A stretch of DNA of 64,000 nt from Octopus sinensis (GCF_006345805.1 NC_043015.1:35836001-35900000), one strand, 5' to 3'; shown: positions 12,331 to 26,040, numbered from the stretch's first letter. The notes: a model not told the origin generated them from the sequence alone. Numbers and translations: made by a program.

Positions 12331-12749
12331 CTCTTTTCTTTGTTTCAGTCACTGGACTGCGACCATGCTGGATCACAATGTTGATGGGCTTTAGTCAGCC
12401 AGCACTTGTTTTTAAAGCCTCTAAATTATTCGATCTCTTTTATCGAAGCGCAAAGTTACAGGTACATGACCAAATCAACCCCAGCTGTCAAGGGGTGGTG
12501 CAGGATAATCACATCAAAAACACAAAACTCCACCACCAACAACAAGAAGACAAAACAACAACAAACACACGTATATATACGTATACACAGGTTTCTTTCG
12601 ATTTCCATCTATCAAATCTACTCACAAGGTTTTGGTCAGGCCGAGGTAATATCAGAAAACACTTGCCCAAGGTGCTACTCACTAGGACTGAACCCACGAC
12701 CAGGTGTTTAAGGCGTAAGGTTCTTAACCATACTGTCACACCTGTGCCT
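12331..12749 (-). mobile_element. tRNA-derived SINE, family A, full-length, diverged
   Basis: tgtttcagtcactggactgcgaccatgctgg (tail) ... ctcacaaggttttggtcaggccgagg...acacttgcccaaggtgc...ggactgaaccc...cctgtgcc (head), the reverse of 20212-20560. Confidence 0.75.
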
Positions 12750-13089
12750 AATTAATCAAAATTTTGATAGATGTCTTGTTTTCCATTTGTATTTACCTTT
12801 GTTGATGTGAACTCGTGCGTTGAAGTAGATTGCGTTGTACCTCGGGTGAATCCTTACACCAACAATAACCACTCAATGGTTCTGTTCCACATCTTCAACT
12901 AATTGATTGTTTCACGAGTAGTTCCGTTATTGAATCACCCATCTGGGTTTGTCAAAGTCCTTTCGTCCTCACATTCAAAGCCTATCATTGATAAGGTTGC
13001 GAATGGCAACGAAAGGACTTTTACAAATATGGCATGATTGATTGAATGACTGTACAACTAGACAAACAATCGAAAAGATAATTGGCAAA

Positions 13090-13340
13090 GTAAATAGCAA
13101 AGACGTGAAATACAACCAGTGTGTCTTGGCAAAATGACCCTCGCACGATTAACAAAATTTGATTACATCATCTTATATTAAAGTCAAATACTATTCAAAG
13201 AACTATTGCCGCATTCCCTATACACAGATTCTTTGGGGTTTAGCGAAAACCTCTGGTTGGCCTTCTTTGCTTTCGAGTTGTTTTCTTTCAGTAAAACTGG
13301 GTTCTCATAATTTATAGTTTTGATTAGCACATTTCGTTAA
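13090..13340 (-). mobile_element. Highly decayed Dong/R4-type LINE fragment (pre-RT region)
   Basis: Minus-strand translation with frameshifts gives KAKKANQRFSLNPK / SVYRE ... DDVIKFC*...KTHWL, resembling the N..F..N.K.VYRE and ..V..FW..IW......W motifs upstream of the RT in R4-clade elements (from memory). Confidence 0.35.
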
Positions 13341-13930
13341 TGATTTCATCAGCATTTCAAAGATGAATCATTCCGTTTCCGCACGTTTGTTCGCCCTTTT
13401 TGGCCTCTGTTTTTATATTCCATTGCAAGAAGAGATCTGGGAAGGATTGTCTTACACCATTGCGCCTATTTTTCTTTCTATTTTTATTTTGCATCCGTTC
13501 ACGTTAACTTTACTATCGTCCTCTTAACAGTTTTTTTCTCATCGCTATTGCTATTATATTTTTATCACAATCCTTTTCGTAACTTCTATTTCTTCGTGTT
13601 GTGCTGGTTCGAAATTTGGTCCGTTGAACTTCTCGAGTTAATCTACGTTGATCTTTCGCAGCGTTACCTTTTCTTCTTGTTTGCTTTTCCTTTTAAACGT
13701 ATTGCGTAGTTTTCTGTTTCTAGAACTTGATAGTTTGCTCAGAATTCACTTGTTCGATTTTGTGTATTTCGTTATTGCTTTCTTTTACGATCTCTGTTTT
13801 ATAATATCAGATATCGCCTTTCCCCCCACCCCGCTTTGAATGAGAACGCTCCTTCTTGTCCGTGCAGACCTGTTGGGATCCAATGATATGTTTAGCTCAG
13901 AGTTATTTTCTTTGTAAAGTTACTGCAAAA

Positions 13931-14051
13931 ATTTCAGTTTCCGTCTACCAAAACCACTCACAAGGCTTTAGTCGGCCCACGACTATAGGTGTCACGCAGT
14001 GGGACTGGACCCGGGACCACATGGCTGAGAAACAAGCTTCTTGCCACACAG
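13931..14051 (-). mobile_element. SINE family A, 5' half with internal deletion
   Basis: tttcagtttccgtctaccaaaaccactcacaaggctttagtcggccc...cacgcagtgggactggacccgggaccacatgg...ccacacag. Confidence 0.8.
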
Positions 14052-14103
14052 TGTGGTCTATCTATCTATCTATCTATCTATCTATTTATCTACATATATA
14101 TAC

Positions 14104-14208
<105 letters not shown>

Positions 14209-15375
14209 ATAGAGCCCTGGCGCATAGTTTGTCTACCAAATTTCGGTGACTGTTACAGGAAAAAGGAACCCAAGATATAGTGCTATCCAAAATAGAATTC
14301 TCGCTAGTAACAGTGAGATTTTTTTTTTAACTGAGAGGGATTGCTTTGCTCCAATGATAGAACGACTTTCATATCCGCAAGAAACGTGGGTTCGTGTTAC
14401 AAAGTAAGCCTTCGTCTTTTTGTATCTAAAGGCTTTCAGGATACATTAATTACACTGTATTTTTTATAGTCGTAACTGCTTCGAAATTCACCGTTCCTCA
14501 AAATAGCATTTTGTATGTATGTATGTATGTATGTATGTATGCATCTATGTATGTATGTATGCATCTATGTATAAGGAGAAATGAGTGAGTTACTAAAGAT
14601 TTCTACAAAATCGCCTCATAAAGACATGCGTATCTTAGAGTATGATAAATAAATTCTATATAGAGTTATGCCAGAAGTGAAATGAAACAGAATAAACATT
14701 TTATATTTAAAAGATGCCTAATATACGTTTTTCTCGCTGATTCTGTATTAAAAATACAAGTAAAATTATAGACAAAGAGTAAACACAAAGTATTTGAATT
14801 GAAATATTTGTATAGAAGCGCGATGCAGAATATGAAGGATGGACTGTATAAATTTTATGTTGAACTGTCTGGGAAATTCAATATCCTTATACGTAAACAT
14901 TCGATGGTTAAAGTACATGAAGTAGTTTAGGGTTTAAACTGCCGGTGGCTACGAAATATAATTAGTTCACAAAACATGATTTGAATGTGTTTTCAGTCCT
15001 ACAAATCTACCATTAAAGAGTTCAGAGAAATGAATGGTTAAATAAATAGACGAATAAATATAGTGGACTTGCCTGGAGCAAAATAAATTAATATATTATA
15101 TCCTACTGCCTCCCCGAGTTAAGAAACAGGTACAAGTATGTATATATGTATAAATGTATGTATGGCTATATATATTTATGTATGTTTTTATTCAAAGACA
15201 CACACACACATATATATACATGTGTATGAATATGTATGCATATATGCAAGGACAGAGACATAGATATGTTTCAACCGTCTTATTTATTTCTCTCTCTCTC
15301 TCTATCTCAATATATATATGTAAACATATATGTATATGTATACACACACACACACACATATATATATATATGTAT

Positions 15376-15700
15376 TAATAATATCAAAAAGTAATCAGAA
15401 ATATTAAAAATTTCCATTACCAGTGGCCTAGCGTGTAAAAATTCATTCAAGAGACTATATATTATTCATATAAATACAGTGCACATTCAAACACATAAGA
15501 GGCATCCATCATAGGACTCTTGCACGCCAGAAAGAACAGCTAAATTCCAAACTATTATTAAGGATAGAATTTCGAAGGGAATGAAAGATAAAAAAAAGAC
15601 ATTTACCATCTAACTATTGGACCAATGGGTTCAGGCTATTTTAAGCAAATAAAATAATTTGCTAGGCGAAGTCTTCTTCAGCAGGTACACCTTAGATTAA
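15376..15700 (-). mobile_element. Penelope-like non-coding repeat, related to 54150-54600
   Basis: Shares ttacca(g/t)tggcctagc, agactatatatt, catttaccatct, gacc...gg(g/t)ttc and ttgc(t/c)aggc...tcttcag in the same order as 54180-54417. The minus strand carries a degenerate CTGAAGA...GAA..GGTC hammerhead-like motif. Confidence 0.5.
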
Positions 15701-15723
15701 ATATATATACACGAGCCAATCCA

Positions 15724-15862
<139 letters not shown>

Positions 15863-15892
15863 ATATTTAATTTCTTTCTATTTACCTTGTAA

Positions 15893-16078
15893 TTATTTCA
15901 GTCTTCTCTCTATATCTTTGCTGGGGCAAAGCACTCCGGAATTTTAGTCGTACGCATCGACCCCGGTTTTTAATATTTTAAGCCTTGTACTTACTACACC
16001 GGCCTGTCTTGCCGAATCGCTATGTTATGAGGACAAACACAGCAACACCGTTTGCCAAGTGCTGTTGGGGGGACAAAC
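15893..16078 (-). mobile_element. SINE family A, decayed 3' half
   Basis: tttagtcg...atcgacccc...gtactta...gccgaatcgcta...ggacaaacac...ccgtttgccaag...gggggacaaac matches the reversed family-A 3' half. Confidence 0.6.
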
Positions 16079-16163
16079 GGAGATATAAAAAGAGGAATAC
16101 ACACACACACATACACTCGTCCCACTCATTTCTCCTCAGCCAAAGCGACTCAGAAGGATATAG

Positions 16164-16224
<61 letters not shown>

Positions 16225-16248
16225 TATATATATATAATATATTAATGG

Positions 16249-16603
16249 GTTTCAGTAATTTAACTCCGGCTATGCTGGAGCTCAGCCTTAGTCGAACAAG
16301 TTGGCCCCAGGACATATTTTTGTCAGCCTAGTACTTATTCTATCGGTCTTTTTTAGCCGAACCGCTTGATTACGAGGACGTAAAGAGACCAACATTGATT
16401 GACAAGCGATGGTAGGGGTCAAACACAAACGTACAAACATACACACACGCACACACATATATCGGACGGGCTTCTTTCAGTTTCCGTCTACCAGATCCAC
16501 TTATAAGGATTTGGTCGGTTCAAGGTTATAGTAGATGACACCTGCCCAAGGTGCCACGCAGTGGGACTGAATTTGGAACCATGTGACTGGTAAGCAAGCT
16601 ACT
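16249..16603 (-). mobile_element. SINE family A, near full-length
   Basis: atgctggagc...cctagtacttattctatcggtc...gacaagcgatgg...gggcttctttcagtttccgtctacc...tgcccaaggtgccacgcagtgggactgaa...ggaaccatgtg...taagcaagctact. Confidence 0.85.
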
Positions 16604-16681
16604 TGCAACATATAGGTAGGCAGTCAGTCAGGTAGACAGACAGACAGGCAGATAGAGAGGTAGGTAGACAGAGAGAGTAAG

Positions 16682-16722
<41 letters not shown>

Positions 16723-16737
16723 TATATATATATATAT

Positions 16738-16802
<65 letters not shown>

Positions 16803-16829
16803 CAAAATAGAAAAAATAACCCTAATACA

Positions 16830-17065
16830 AATTCCGAAATTTTTGGAAGATGGTGCTCCTTAATTTTCCAGGATCTTCATCGATTATTCTGTGAACCCAT
16901 TCAAGAATTTGTGGTGTACTTACAGAAGACAAAACCTCGCACCTCCTATTCGATCCGAATTTTGTGTACAACATATCTCGCATGATTTAAAAAATTTCTA
17001 CATCACTGTGTTTTGCACATGCATCAGTAATAACTGCGTGTAAGCATTTCATCTGCCATGGGGCA
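16830..17065 (-). mobile_element. Tc1/mariner-superfamily transposase N-terminal (HTH) relic
   Basis: Minus-strand translation LHAVITDACAKHSDVEIF* ... SVSTPQILEWVHRIIDEDPGK resembles the HAVI....AKHSD.EI and RTP..I..V..IID.DPGKS motifs of invertebrate Tc1-like transposases (from memory). Contains stops and frameshifts. Confidence 0.5.
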
Positions 17066-18278
17066 TCTGAAAGAATAAGAAAATCCATGTTTATTGGTTT
17101 GAAGTAAGAGATTGAGGGAAAAAAAAGAAGATCACGTGAGGAAATGAAGGATGGACGATGGTCGCGTGTGAGAAATGAAAGAAAGAGGGACAGACAGATA
17201 GAAACCGATGAGCAGAAAAAAGAAATGAAAGGGAGAGAGACAGAGAGATGGGGAGGGAGGAACTAGTAAAGGACAGAGTTGCATCGATGATATTAAGGGA
17301 AAACTTACTTGGAAATGGACGCGTGGCGTTCAATCAAATAATTATATAAATTATATATATGTGCATATGTAGACACACAATACGTAAACAATCATGAAAT
17401 ACGAAAATAACGTTGGGTACGCAAAAAACGAGAGAACCGAATGGAAAATAAAATAAGTAACATAATACAACGATACATCGTGAAGTTTCACGAAGTGAAA
17501 ATAGATAACTTTGCCTTAAGCTCCACCTCTCCGTATTTTAAAGAAATGCTACTTCACATCCGCACTTTTTCACAGCTTCTTTTTATAAAAGAAACATAAA
17601 TGTTACTTATAAAATATTCTGTAAAATATATATCGCTAGCATTCATTTATGGTTGGAGCCTAAGTGGAGGTGGAATCAATACTGATTTCGATTAGTGGAA
17701 ACCGCAAAACCTAAGAAATACTTCGTTATCTCAATGAAAAGGAAACTTATGAATCCGTATTCCAAAATATGGGAATTCTTTCTTTTGGCGAATTGGGGAA
17801 GACAACCCTCTCTGAATTGAGGAGTTTATTGCAGACTTTAGACCTCCCTCCGATATTCAACTCTAGCCCTATGAATATTACGGTCAAAGGGGACAGAATA
17901 CAAACTATCCCTCCATTATAATCTTTCGCCTTCCAGTTTTTTTCCTCCACCTTTCTCTTGTCTTCTTCATGTGGTTTCTATTATATCATCGTCCTCATTT
18001 ATAACTTGTATATGTCGATTTACTCAGAGCCAGAAGATTAGTTGCAGACATAAGGCGCGTTATAAAACCTGCCGAGATCATTTCTCTAATGTATGAAAAT
18101 ATTAGTAGTTCCTAACTACATTCTGTGTACATTGAACGAAGTATATATAGTAAATTTTACTGACTTGTGTTTCGTCAACACTCACTGCAGCTCACTGTGT
18201 CTAATCGACATTGACAACCGATGAGAGTGAACACGGTAACCGCCAGGATTATATAAATCGCGCAAACATCTTTGGATG

Positions 18279-18309
<31 letters not shown>

Positions 18310-19204
18310 TACTTAATATTCTTTCTTTTTCTTAAAAAGAATTTCTACAATGTATATTGATCCCCTTATCCGTTCACCTTGTCTTACGAAATATCTTTTT
18401 ATGAATAATAGACACTATCTGGCTCATGAGACCTTCTGATTCAATTTGTAACACAACACCAGACGAATTTGGCACGCAAAACCAGAGGAATTTGGCACCC
18501 TAGCAGTGCTTAATTTAGTTGAGAATGGACATTGGACGAGAGAATTTAATCGTAAGTATACATGATCAAAGTTGGCTTGTAGCGAAACAGCTATAATAAG
18601 AACAACGATAATAGCATCTCTATCGAGATGATCTGAAGAAAACGGAACGTAGAGGAAACGTAACTAAACAAACAGCAATCTATTTAGAATCAGATAGGTT
18701 ACCGATTCCTGAATCTATCGTAAATATCAAATGTAATCCAAACTTAGTGTAAGACAGAGAAAATTAATGGCAAGGATGTGATTAATAGTCGGAAAATATT
18801 GTACACTTTGAATAATTTATCTTAGGAATTTAGTTGTGTGAGTGAATCCCAATCAAGATCAGAGAGGAATGAAGGAAACAATAATTAGTTCTAGATTAAA
18901 TGCATCGTTAATCAGGAACTGATATGGAACTAAAACTTCCCGTAATTCTTAATGGGTCACCAGTAAAGGTTTTGTCATGTTCATGTTGAATGTCAAGAAG
19001 AAGTTAACTACGATCTGAAATATCGCTACAGTATATGAGGAAAGTGGAATGAAATGCTGAAATGGCAAACAAATCTATATAAGAAGGAGTTTGAAATCTG
19101 AGGAATCGCTGTATCTATGATGTGAATATTGAGATTTAAAAGTAACAGCAACTATTTTTGATTGCTTACTCCAGGTACATATCTTATAATTGTTATATAG
19201 GGGA

Positions 19205-19301
<97 letters not shown>

Positions 19302-19302
19302 G

Positions 19303-19345
<43 letters not shown>

Positions 19346-19353
19346 CATACCTC

Positions 19354-19396
<43 letters not shown>

Positions 19397-19405
19397 ATCT
19401 ATCTA
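19205..19405. repeat. (ATCT)n(GTCT)n(CT)n compound microsatellite
   Basis: Seen directly. Confidence 0.95.
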
Positions 19406-19714
19406 TAAAGAAGTATTCATGGATGAATGGATTGATGCAGATAGATGCAACAAAATTTTCATAAACTAGAAATCCTTAAATAATCATTAAACTCGTTTGA
19501 GTTACAATCCGTATGAAAAACATCTACACAATACGAACGTATGGTATGACATAATCAAAAACCAAGAATCCAAGAACCTTTATAAAATTCGGCTCTACAA
19601 GAACAAAGAACAACTTACAACAACGAGACCAAAAGACAAAAGATTTACAGAATTCAAAAACAGGAAACGTATACTCGCATCTTCAGCTATCTAACGTACG
19701 TCGCCCTTACCCCA

Positions 19715-19749
<35 letters not shown>

Positions 19750-19756
19750 GTGTGTG

Positions 19757-19789
<33 letters not shown>

Positions 19790-20211
19790 AGTGCATTTGT
19801 GTATATATATATATATAAATATATCATGTGTGTGTATTATAAGTAGGTTGTTGAATGTTTGGTCATATAAGAAATGTGTACGATATTTTAAAACAACTTT
19901 CTAAGAATATTTGGCAGATATATACAAGAGATGGAACATTATTTTGGCTTATGATATTGAGAGGTTTCATGACGTATCCACTAATAGTTTTTTTAACACA
20001 TTCATTATTGTCACAAGAGAATTTACATAAATGATTTTCATATGGGTTTTGATAATAATAATCCAGCTAACATAATTCTCAGGGTCTCTGCGAAAACTTT
20101 TGTTCTTTGATTAGAATTTATAGAGTTCTATACTCAAAGCAGCTGACTATTCAACTTAAACTCGTAAAATATTTGGATTACAACTCATAAATTCTTCATA
20201 AATTTATACTA

Positions 20212-20374
20212 GGCGCAGGAGTGGCTGTGTGGTAAGTAGCGTGTTTACCAACCACATGGTTCCGGGTTCAGTCCCACTGCGTGGCGCCTTGGGCAGGTTT
20301 CTTCTACTATAGCCTCGGGCCGACCAAAGCCTTGTGAGTGGATTTGGTAGACGGAAACTGAAAGAAGCCCTTCG

Positions 20375-20407
<33 letters not shown>

Positions 20408-20560
20408 GTTTGTGTGTCTGTGTTTGTTCCCCAGCATCGCTTGACAACAGTTCGGCAAGAGAATAAGATAGAATAAGTACTAGGCTTACAAAGAATTTGC
20501 TTGACTAAAGGCGGTGCTCCAGCGTGGTCGCAGTCAAATGACTGAAACAAATAAAACAAT
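20212..20560 (+). mobile_element. tRNA-derived SINE, family A, near full-length young copy
   Basis: ggcgcaggagtggctgtgtggtaag (A-box TGGCnnnnTGG)...ccgggttcagtccc (B-box-like)...ccttgggcagg...gtgagtggatttggtagacggaaactgaaagaagccc...(TA/TG)n...ggcggtgctccagcgtggtcgcagtcaaatgactgaaac plus an A-rich tail. Confidence 0.9.
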
Positions 20561-21426
20561 AGAAGAATCTGTGCTGGGTTTCAGAATTTTAGTTAGCCAT
20601 TGTTTCATAGGTTTTGACTTATATATAACTCAAATTCTTCTGGTGGTTTGGAAAATATACATATGTGTATCATATATGATGCATGGTCAACAGCAAAGAA
20701 AAAAATCTGCACATCACAGGCAAAGGGTGAATCCACAGCTCGAATAAATGTGACTCATTGTATGACATCTTAATCTTATGAGTCGCCACAATTCACACCC
20801 AACTAATTTTCACCAAATTCTTTGTCTCACAAATTTAACACACAAGTATCAAGCTGACTCAAATTTGTTGCTAAGGTACAGTTGCCTGGTAACCTGAATA
20901 AGTAAATCGAACATACTTTCTCATGAGTCTGACGCGAATTTCCTAACTACTCGACTAATATCTACTTGTGTCATAGACAGCGCCAACTTTCATCTCTCTT
21001 CCCCACCATACACATAAATTCATTCACAAATATATTACCACAGTCGATCTAGGTATTGTCTTCACGTCTCCTTTGAAAGTTCAGAGAATTTTATTTATCT
21101 AAATACACACACACACACAAACACACACACATATTCTTTTTTTGTGCTCGATTTAATCTTTCGTATTTAGAATTTAATAATGAAATTAAATTGAATGGTG
21201 GAGATACTTATAATCGAACACTAGATACATATTTACATTGATTCCAACAAAGAATTCTTCCAGACACAAAGAGAATACCGAATAATGGGGCTTCTTATTC
21301 CGTTTCGTATCCAACCATTTTAAATTTCAATGTAAACATTTTTTCTTTTTTGAAATATAATAATTAAATCTCGATGATTTCTTTTATTTGTGAGCGTGTG
21401 TGTGTCTACACACACACACACACACA

Positions 21427-21475
<49 letters not shown>

Positions 21476-21729
21476 TATGAGAGACTGGTAAATTTTAGTA
21501 AAAGCGAACATATAAAATAAACAATAAAGAAAAGATAAAAACACCGCATATGAATTATTATCTTAAGCTATCGTCGCCTCCATAACATCTGCCTGATAAG
21601 GAGAGTCGAAACTGTTGGTAAAGCCAATATGATGCTTCGTTTCTGTGTTGTTGTTGTTGTTTTTAGTGGTGGTGGCGGTGTTGATATATTTTGTTGTCGT
21701 CTGTTTGTATTCTGGAGAAACTGATAAAC

Positions 21730-22540
21730 GGCGATGACATTAACGACGATAACGATAATAAATGCGATGATGATCATGATAGCGATAATAATGATGATAG
21801 TGATGATTAAGTTAATGCAGCTGACAACGATGACAATAATTAGGATGATGCTGATGATGATGGTGATGAAGGTGATGATAATGATGATGATGATGATGAT
21901 GATGATGACCATAATCATCATCAACATCATAAAGAAGGCGACGACGAAGGCGATAATGACGTCGCTGCTGCTTTGACGATGATGACTACGGTGATGATCA
22001 CTATGATGATGATGATGATGATGAGAAAGGCGATAATGACAATTTCGATGATGGGGAGGAAGACGGAGATAGTGGAGGTCATGATGATAATGATGATGGT
22101 AATGATTATGATAAAGACAAAGGCGACGGCAACGACGATAACAGCTGACGATGGCGTTCATGGGAAACGTTGAGAACGATGAGGATATGCACGTTTGGCG
22201 ATGAAGAGGGTTGATGGCATTGGAAGAAATAACAAGGTCGATAATGATGCGGTAATAGGTGATTCGATTGAGGATAATGAGGCTGATGATGAAGATTATC
22301 GGATGAGTGATGATGGATGAGGATGACGACGACGATGGTAGTGATGAGGATGAGGATGACGACGACGACGACGACAACCATGGTGGCGGTGATGATGAGG
22401 ATGTTGACAATGATAACTAATATTTGATGTATTAAAGATGAAAACTAGAAAAAGTAAAAGGAAAAGAGGCAAAAGATGAATAAACAACAACGAAACCAAT
22501 ATGATGATGATGATGATGATGATGACGACGACGACAACGA
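21730..22540. repeat. Long degenerate (GAT/GAC/AAT)n low-complexity tract
   Basis: ~800 bp of interrupted trinucleotide repeats, giving poly-M/I/H/S ORFs in several frames. Confidence 0.9.
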
Positions 22541-22703
22541 TGTAGCTTGTGCATATCGATTTACAGCATCATTTGCATCCATGCAGTTGTCCCCATAATC
22601 CTTCTACTTCCGCATCTCCCACACCAGTTTTCTTTCTCTCCTTCCCCTACATTATTTTCCTCGCCTTCATTAACATATCTTCCTCGCATCAATATAAAAA
22701 TCA

Positions 22704-22706
<3 letters not shown>

Positions 22707-22772
<66 letters not shown>

Positions 22773-22782
22773 TATTATTATT
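22707..22782. repeat. (ATT)n microsatellite
   Basis: Seen directly. Confidence 0.95.
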
Positions 22783-23409
22783 ATGTTATTACAATTTCAT
22801 TATTGTATTTCCTCAGTTATTTTGTTATGTAAGGTGGGCGATTAGCGGGGCTTGAATAAAGAGGTAAAAAGAGGAAAAAAAGGGGATGTCGAATTAAGAA
22901 AGGAAAAAAAAAAAAAGCCGCTTTTATGCCTGTCGGAATTTTCCGTTTCTATCCAAATATTCTAAAAATGTAGGTTTTCTTCTCTTTCTTTCATTCCAAC
23001 TGCGGCCATGATCAAGCAGACCCTCGATGAAAGGCATTCTACCTTTGAGCATTTCATTATATTATTTCTTTAGCCATTGTGTATCCAGGACTACACAATC
23101 CAAAGCCTCCTTTCTTTTATTAAATAATTTTGGGTGTGAACCTTTGAGTGGTGACGATGCCATTCATTAGCCGGTCAAATTACATTGTCCATCAAAATAA
23201 ATCATTTTCCTACAGTACCGTTCAGAAGTTTCATACTCGATGCTGGTTATACCCCAGTACTTAATGGTCTGTGTGTTATCTTCTAACAGGATTTGTGATT
23301 GTCAGTGATCGCATGTAAACCTGTCTGGTTTATTTGTAGCCAAAACTAACACTGCTTCAGTTATTCAGTGTGGGTATGTGTATATATGTAAGTATATGTA
23401 TATGTATAC

Positions 23410-23457
<48 letters not shown>

Positions 23458-23493
23458 ATATATATATATGTGTATATATATATATTATATATA

Positions 23494-23864
23494 TACTCTT
23501 TTACTCTTTTACTCTTTTACTTGTTTCAGTCATTTGACTGCGGCCATGCTGGAGCACCACCTTTTAGTACTTATTCTATCGGTCTCTTTTTGCCGAACCG
23601 CTAGTGACGGGGACATAAACACACCAGCATCGGTTGTCAAGCAATGCTAGGGGGACAAACACAGACACACAAACACACATATACATATATATACATATAT
23701 ACGACAGGCTTCTTTCAGTTTCCGTCTACCAAATCCACTCACAAGGCATTGGTCGGCCCGGGGCTATAGCAGAAGACACTTGCCCAAGATGCCACGCAGT
23801 GGGACTGAACCCGCAACCGTGTGGTTGGTTAGCAAGCTACTTACCACACAGCCACTCCTGCGCC
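23494..23864 (-). mobile_element. tRNA-derived SINE, family A, near full-length young copy
   Basis: (tactcttt)3 tacttgtttcagtcatttgactgcggccatgctggagcacc...ccacgcagtgggactgaaccc...cttaccacacagccactcctgcgcc, the reverse complement of the family pattern. Confidence 0.92.
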
Positions 23865-23984
23865 TATATATATATATATGTGTGTGTATATATATGTGTA
23901 TATATATGTATATATATACACACATACACACACACACATATATATATATATATATTATATATTATATATATATATATATATATA

Positions 23985-24105
23985 TGCCGAGGTTGCAAGG
24001 ATGATCCGGTTCTTGACTGAAGATTGGCGTCTTCGAATGGCCCGTTCGTTTTTTGTATCATCTATTGAATGTTTTGCGTTCTTGTCCCATTTTATATTTT
24101 TAGAT
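23985..24105. repeat. Short interspersed repeat shared in inverted form with 49135-49220
   Basis: tgtatc...ttttgcgttcttgtcccatttt is the near reverse complement of aaaatgggacaaaaacgcaaaa...gataca at 49144-49184. Confidence 0.5.
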
Positions 24106-24110
24106 ATATT

Positions 24111-24189
<79 letters not shown>

Positions 24190-24190
<1 letters not shown>

Positions 24191-24335
24191 GGGGATATTA
24201 TCCCAAACTTACAGGGAAAAATTCAATTTAGTAATAGTAAATAACATTTCACAAAATATATTATATCTATATATATTAGAAAAAAAATTTTATCAATTCA
24301 TTGTTGAATTGATAACAGGTGGTTTTTATCTAATT
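24190..24335. repeat. AT-rich palindrome-containing repeat, short copy of 60258-60577
   Basis: ccaaacttaca..gaaaaattcaatttag and tagaaaaaaa..ttttatcaattca / tgaattgataa.aggtgg.tttt..tctaat occur in both copies. Confidence 0.65.
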
Positions 24336-24361
24336 TATATATATATATTATATTATATATA

Positions 24362-24433
<72 letters not shown>

Positions 24434-25232
24434 TTCCCCAACACACACACAAGCATTTGTGCCTGTGTGTGTGTGTGTGCGGGCGCGTATGTATATATAT
24501 ATATAACTCGTGTAAAGGAATCGCTTCCTCCTTAAAGACATGAGTTTGCTTTTGCCAATGCTGAAAGCTATTAGCTATTTCTCACCCCATTTCTTAACAG
24601 CCTGCTGATCCAACTGAAGACTAGCATGAAATTTCTACCATTTCAAGCAAGGGAGATTGCCAAGAAAAGAAAAAATAGACTGAAGAGAATTTTAATCAGC
24701 ACAACGGTTGATGAATTGAAGAATATTGGCAGGAAGATTGTTCATGCAGAGGAAAACAGAGTTTGACCAAGACTCGATGCTTGAGGAACAGACGGTCTTG
24801 ATACAATACTCATAATAAAATAATAAGAGAATACTAAGAATAATTGCAAGGCAATTAAAATAGAATTATTTCCGACTAAATTCTTCACATTCTGGTTAGT
24901 TCTACATCTGCATATTTATATTTGGTTAATCTTTCAATACCATCGCAAAACACATTAACCTTTGTCAGAAGCGATGTACCGTGTAAAGTGATTTGTTTTC
25001 CGCTTGTCCTTGACGAGAATATAAATCTGTGAGGATGTCTATAATCCAGAGTCGAAAAGGATTTCTTCGCAAATCCTCATGTCACATTTCTAGCTAAATA
25101 ATCTCATTTTAATCCCACGAAAGTGTTCTGTGTCTCCTTAAATGCTTAGAGGCACCATAGAATTAAAAACACATTATTTTATTCCATTCGAGCAAATTTT
25201 ATCAAAAGACCATTGCTACAAACAGCTATGAA

Positions 25233-25620
25233 GAGGCGCAAGCGTAGTCGCTTGCTTAAGATGTTTGCTTGTCAACCATGTCGTCTTGGGTTTAGTCCTA
25301 CGCAGTGGCACCTTGAGTTACAAATGTTTTCTACTGTAGCACAGGGCCGTCCAAGGCCGTGGGAGTGGATTTCGTTGGCGGAAACTCTTTGTGGGTGTCT
25401 ATGTGTGTCTATATGTGTGTGCGCGCGCGTGCGTATGTGTGTACTGTGCTTACGCTCATTATATTTCTGTTGTGCCTCACTTCCACATGACAACCACTGC
25501 TGGTTTTTTTGTTCGGCAAAAGAGATTTTTTTAAAAAATGGATGCAGGAGTTGATTTGATCCACTGAGACTTTCAAGGCAGTGACCAAGAATGGCCACTG
25601 TCCATTGACAGCAAAAAAAA
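25233..25620 (+). mobile_element. SINE family A, old diverged copy
   Basis: gtggcaccttgag...ttctactgtagc..agggccg.ccaaggccgtgggagtggattt...gcggaaact...tgacaaccactgctgg...gttcggcaaaagaga...aaggcagtg...atggccac. Confidence 0.7.
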
Positions 25621-26040
25621 GACGAATTGCCAAGATTCACCTCATCGCCTCTACCACGTGATTTTACTTTCATGAAAAGCGGATGTTTGAAGATGTCGGT
25701 TACAAGTTTAAATATTCTAAAATAAGTAATCAGTTAAGACATCATATACCAATACATTAAGCAACGAAATATAGTTGCATAATATATTTTTTTATCTTTT
25801 AAAATATATCTTCATTTCAGTAGATTTTTTTTGTGGACATGTTTCGAAAAATATGAGAAAAATTTTTCAGCACAAATAAATTTTCACCTGAAAACAATGT
25901 AACAAAGAAAGAAAATATGAAACAATAAATTCCAAAAAAAAAAAGAAAAACAGAAACTATTCTTTTCGGTTTTGAAAATTTATTGAACAAAATAAGAATA
26001 TATTTTGTTAATAATTCTTAGATCTTGTGATTCTCAGATG

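Noticed and set aside
18400-19100. Purine-rich stretch with a KVLSCSC-like motif suggesting a decayed transposase
   Set aside because: Too many stops and too little recognisable motif to assign by eye; needs BLASTX.
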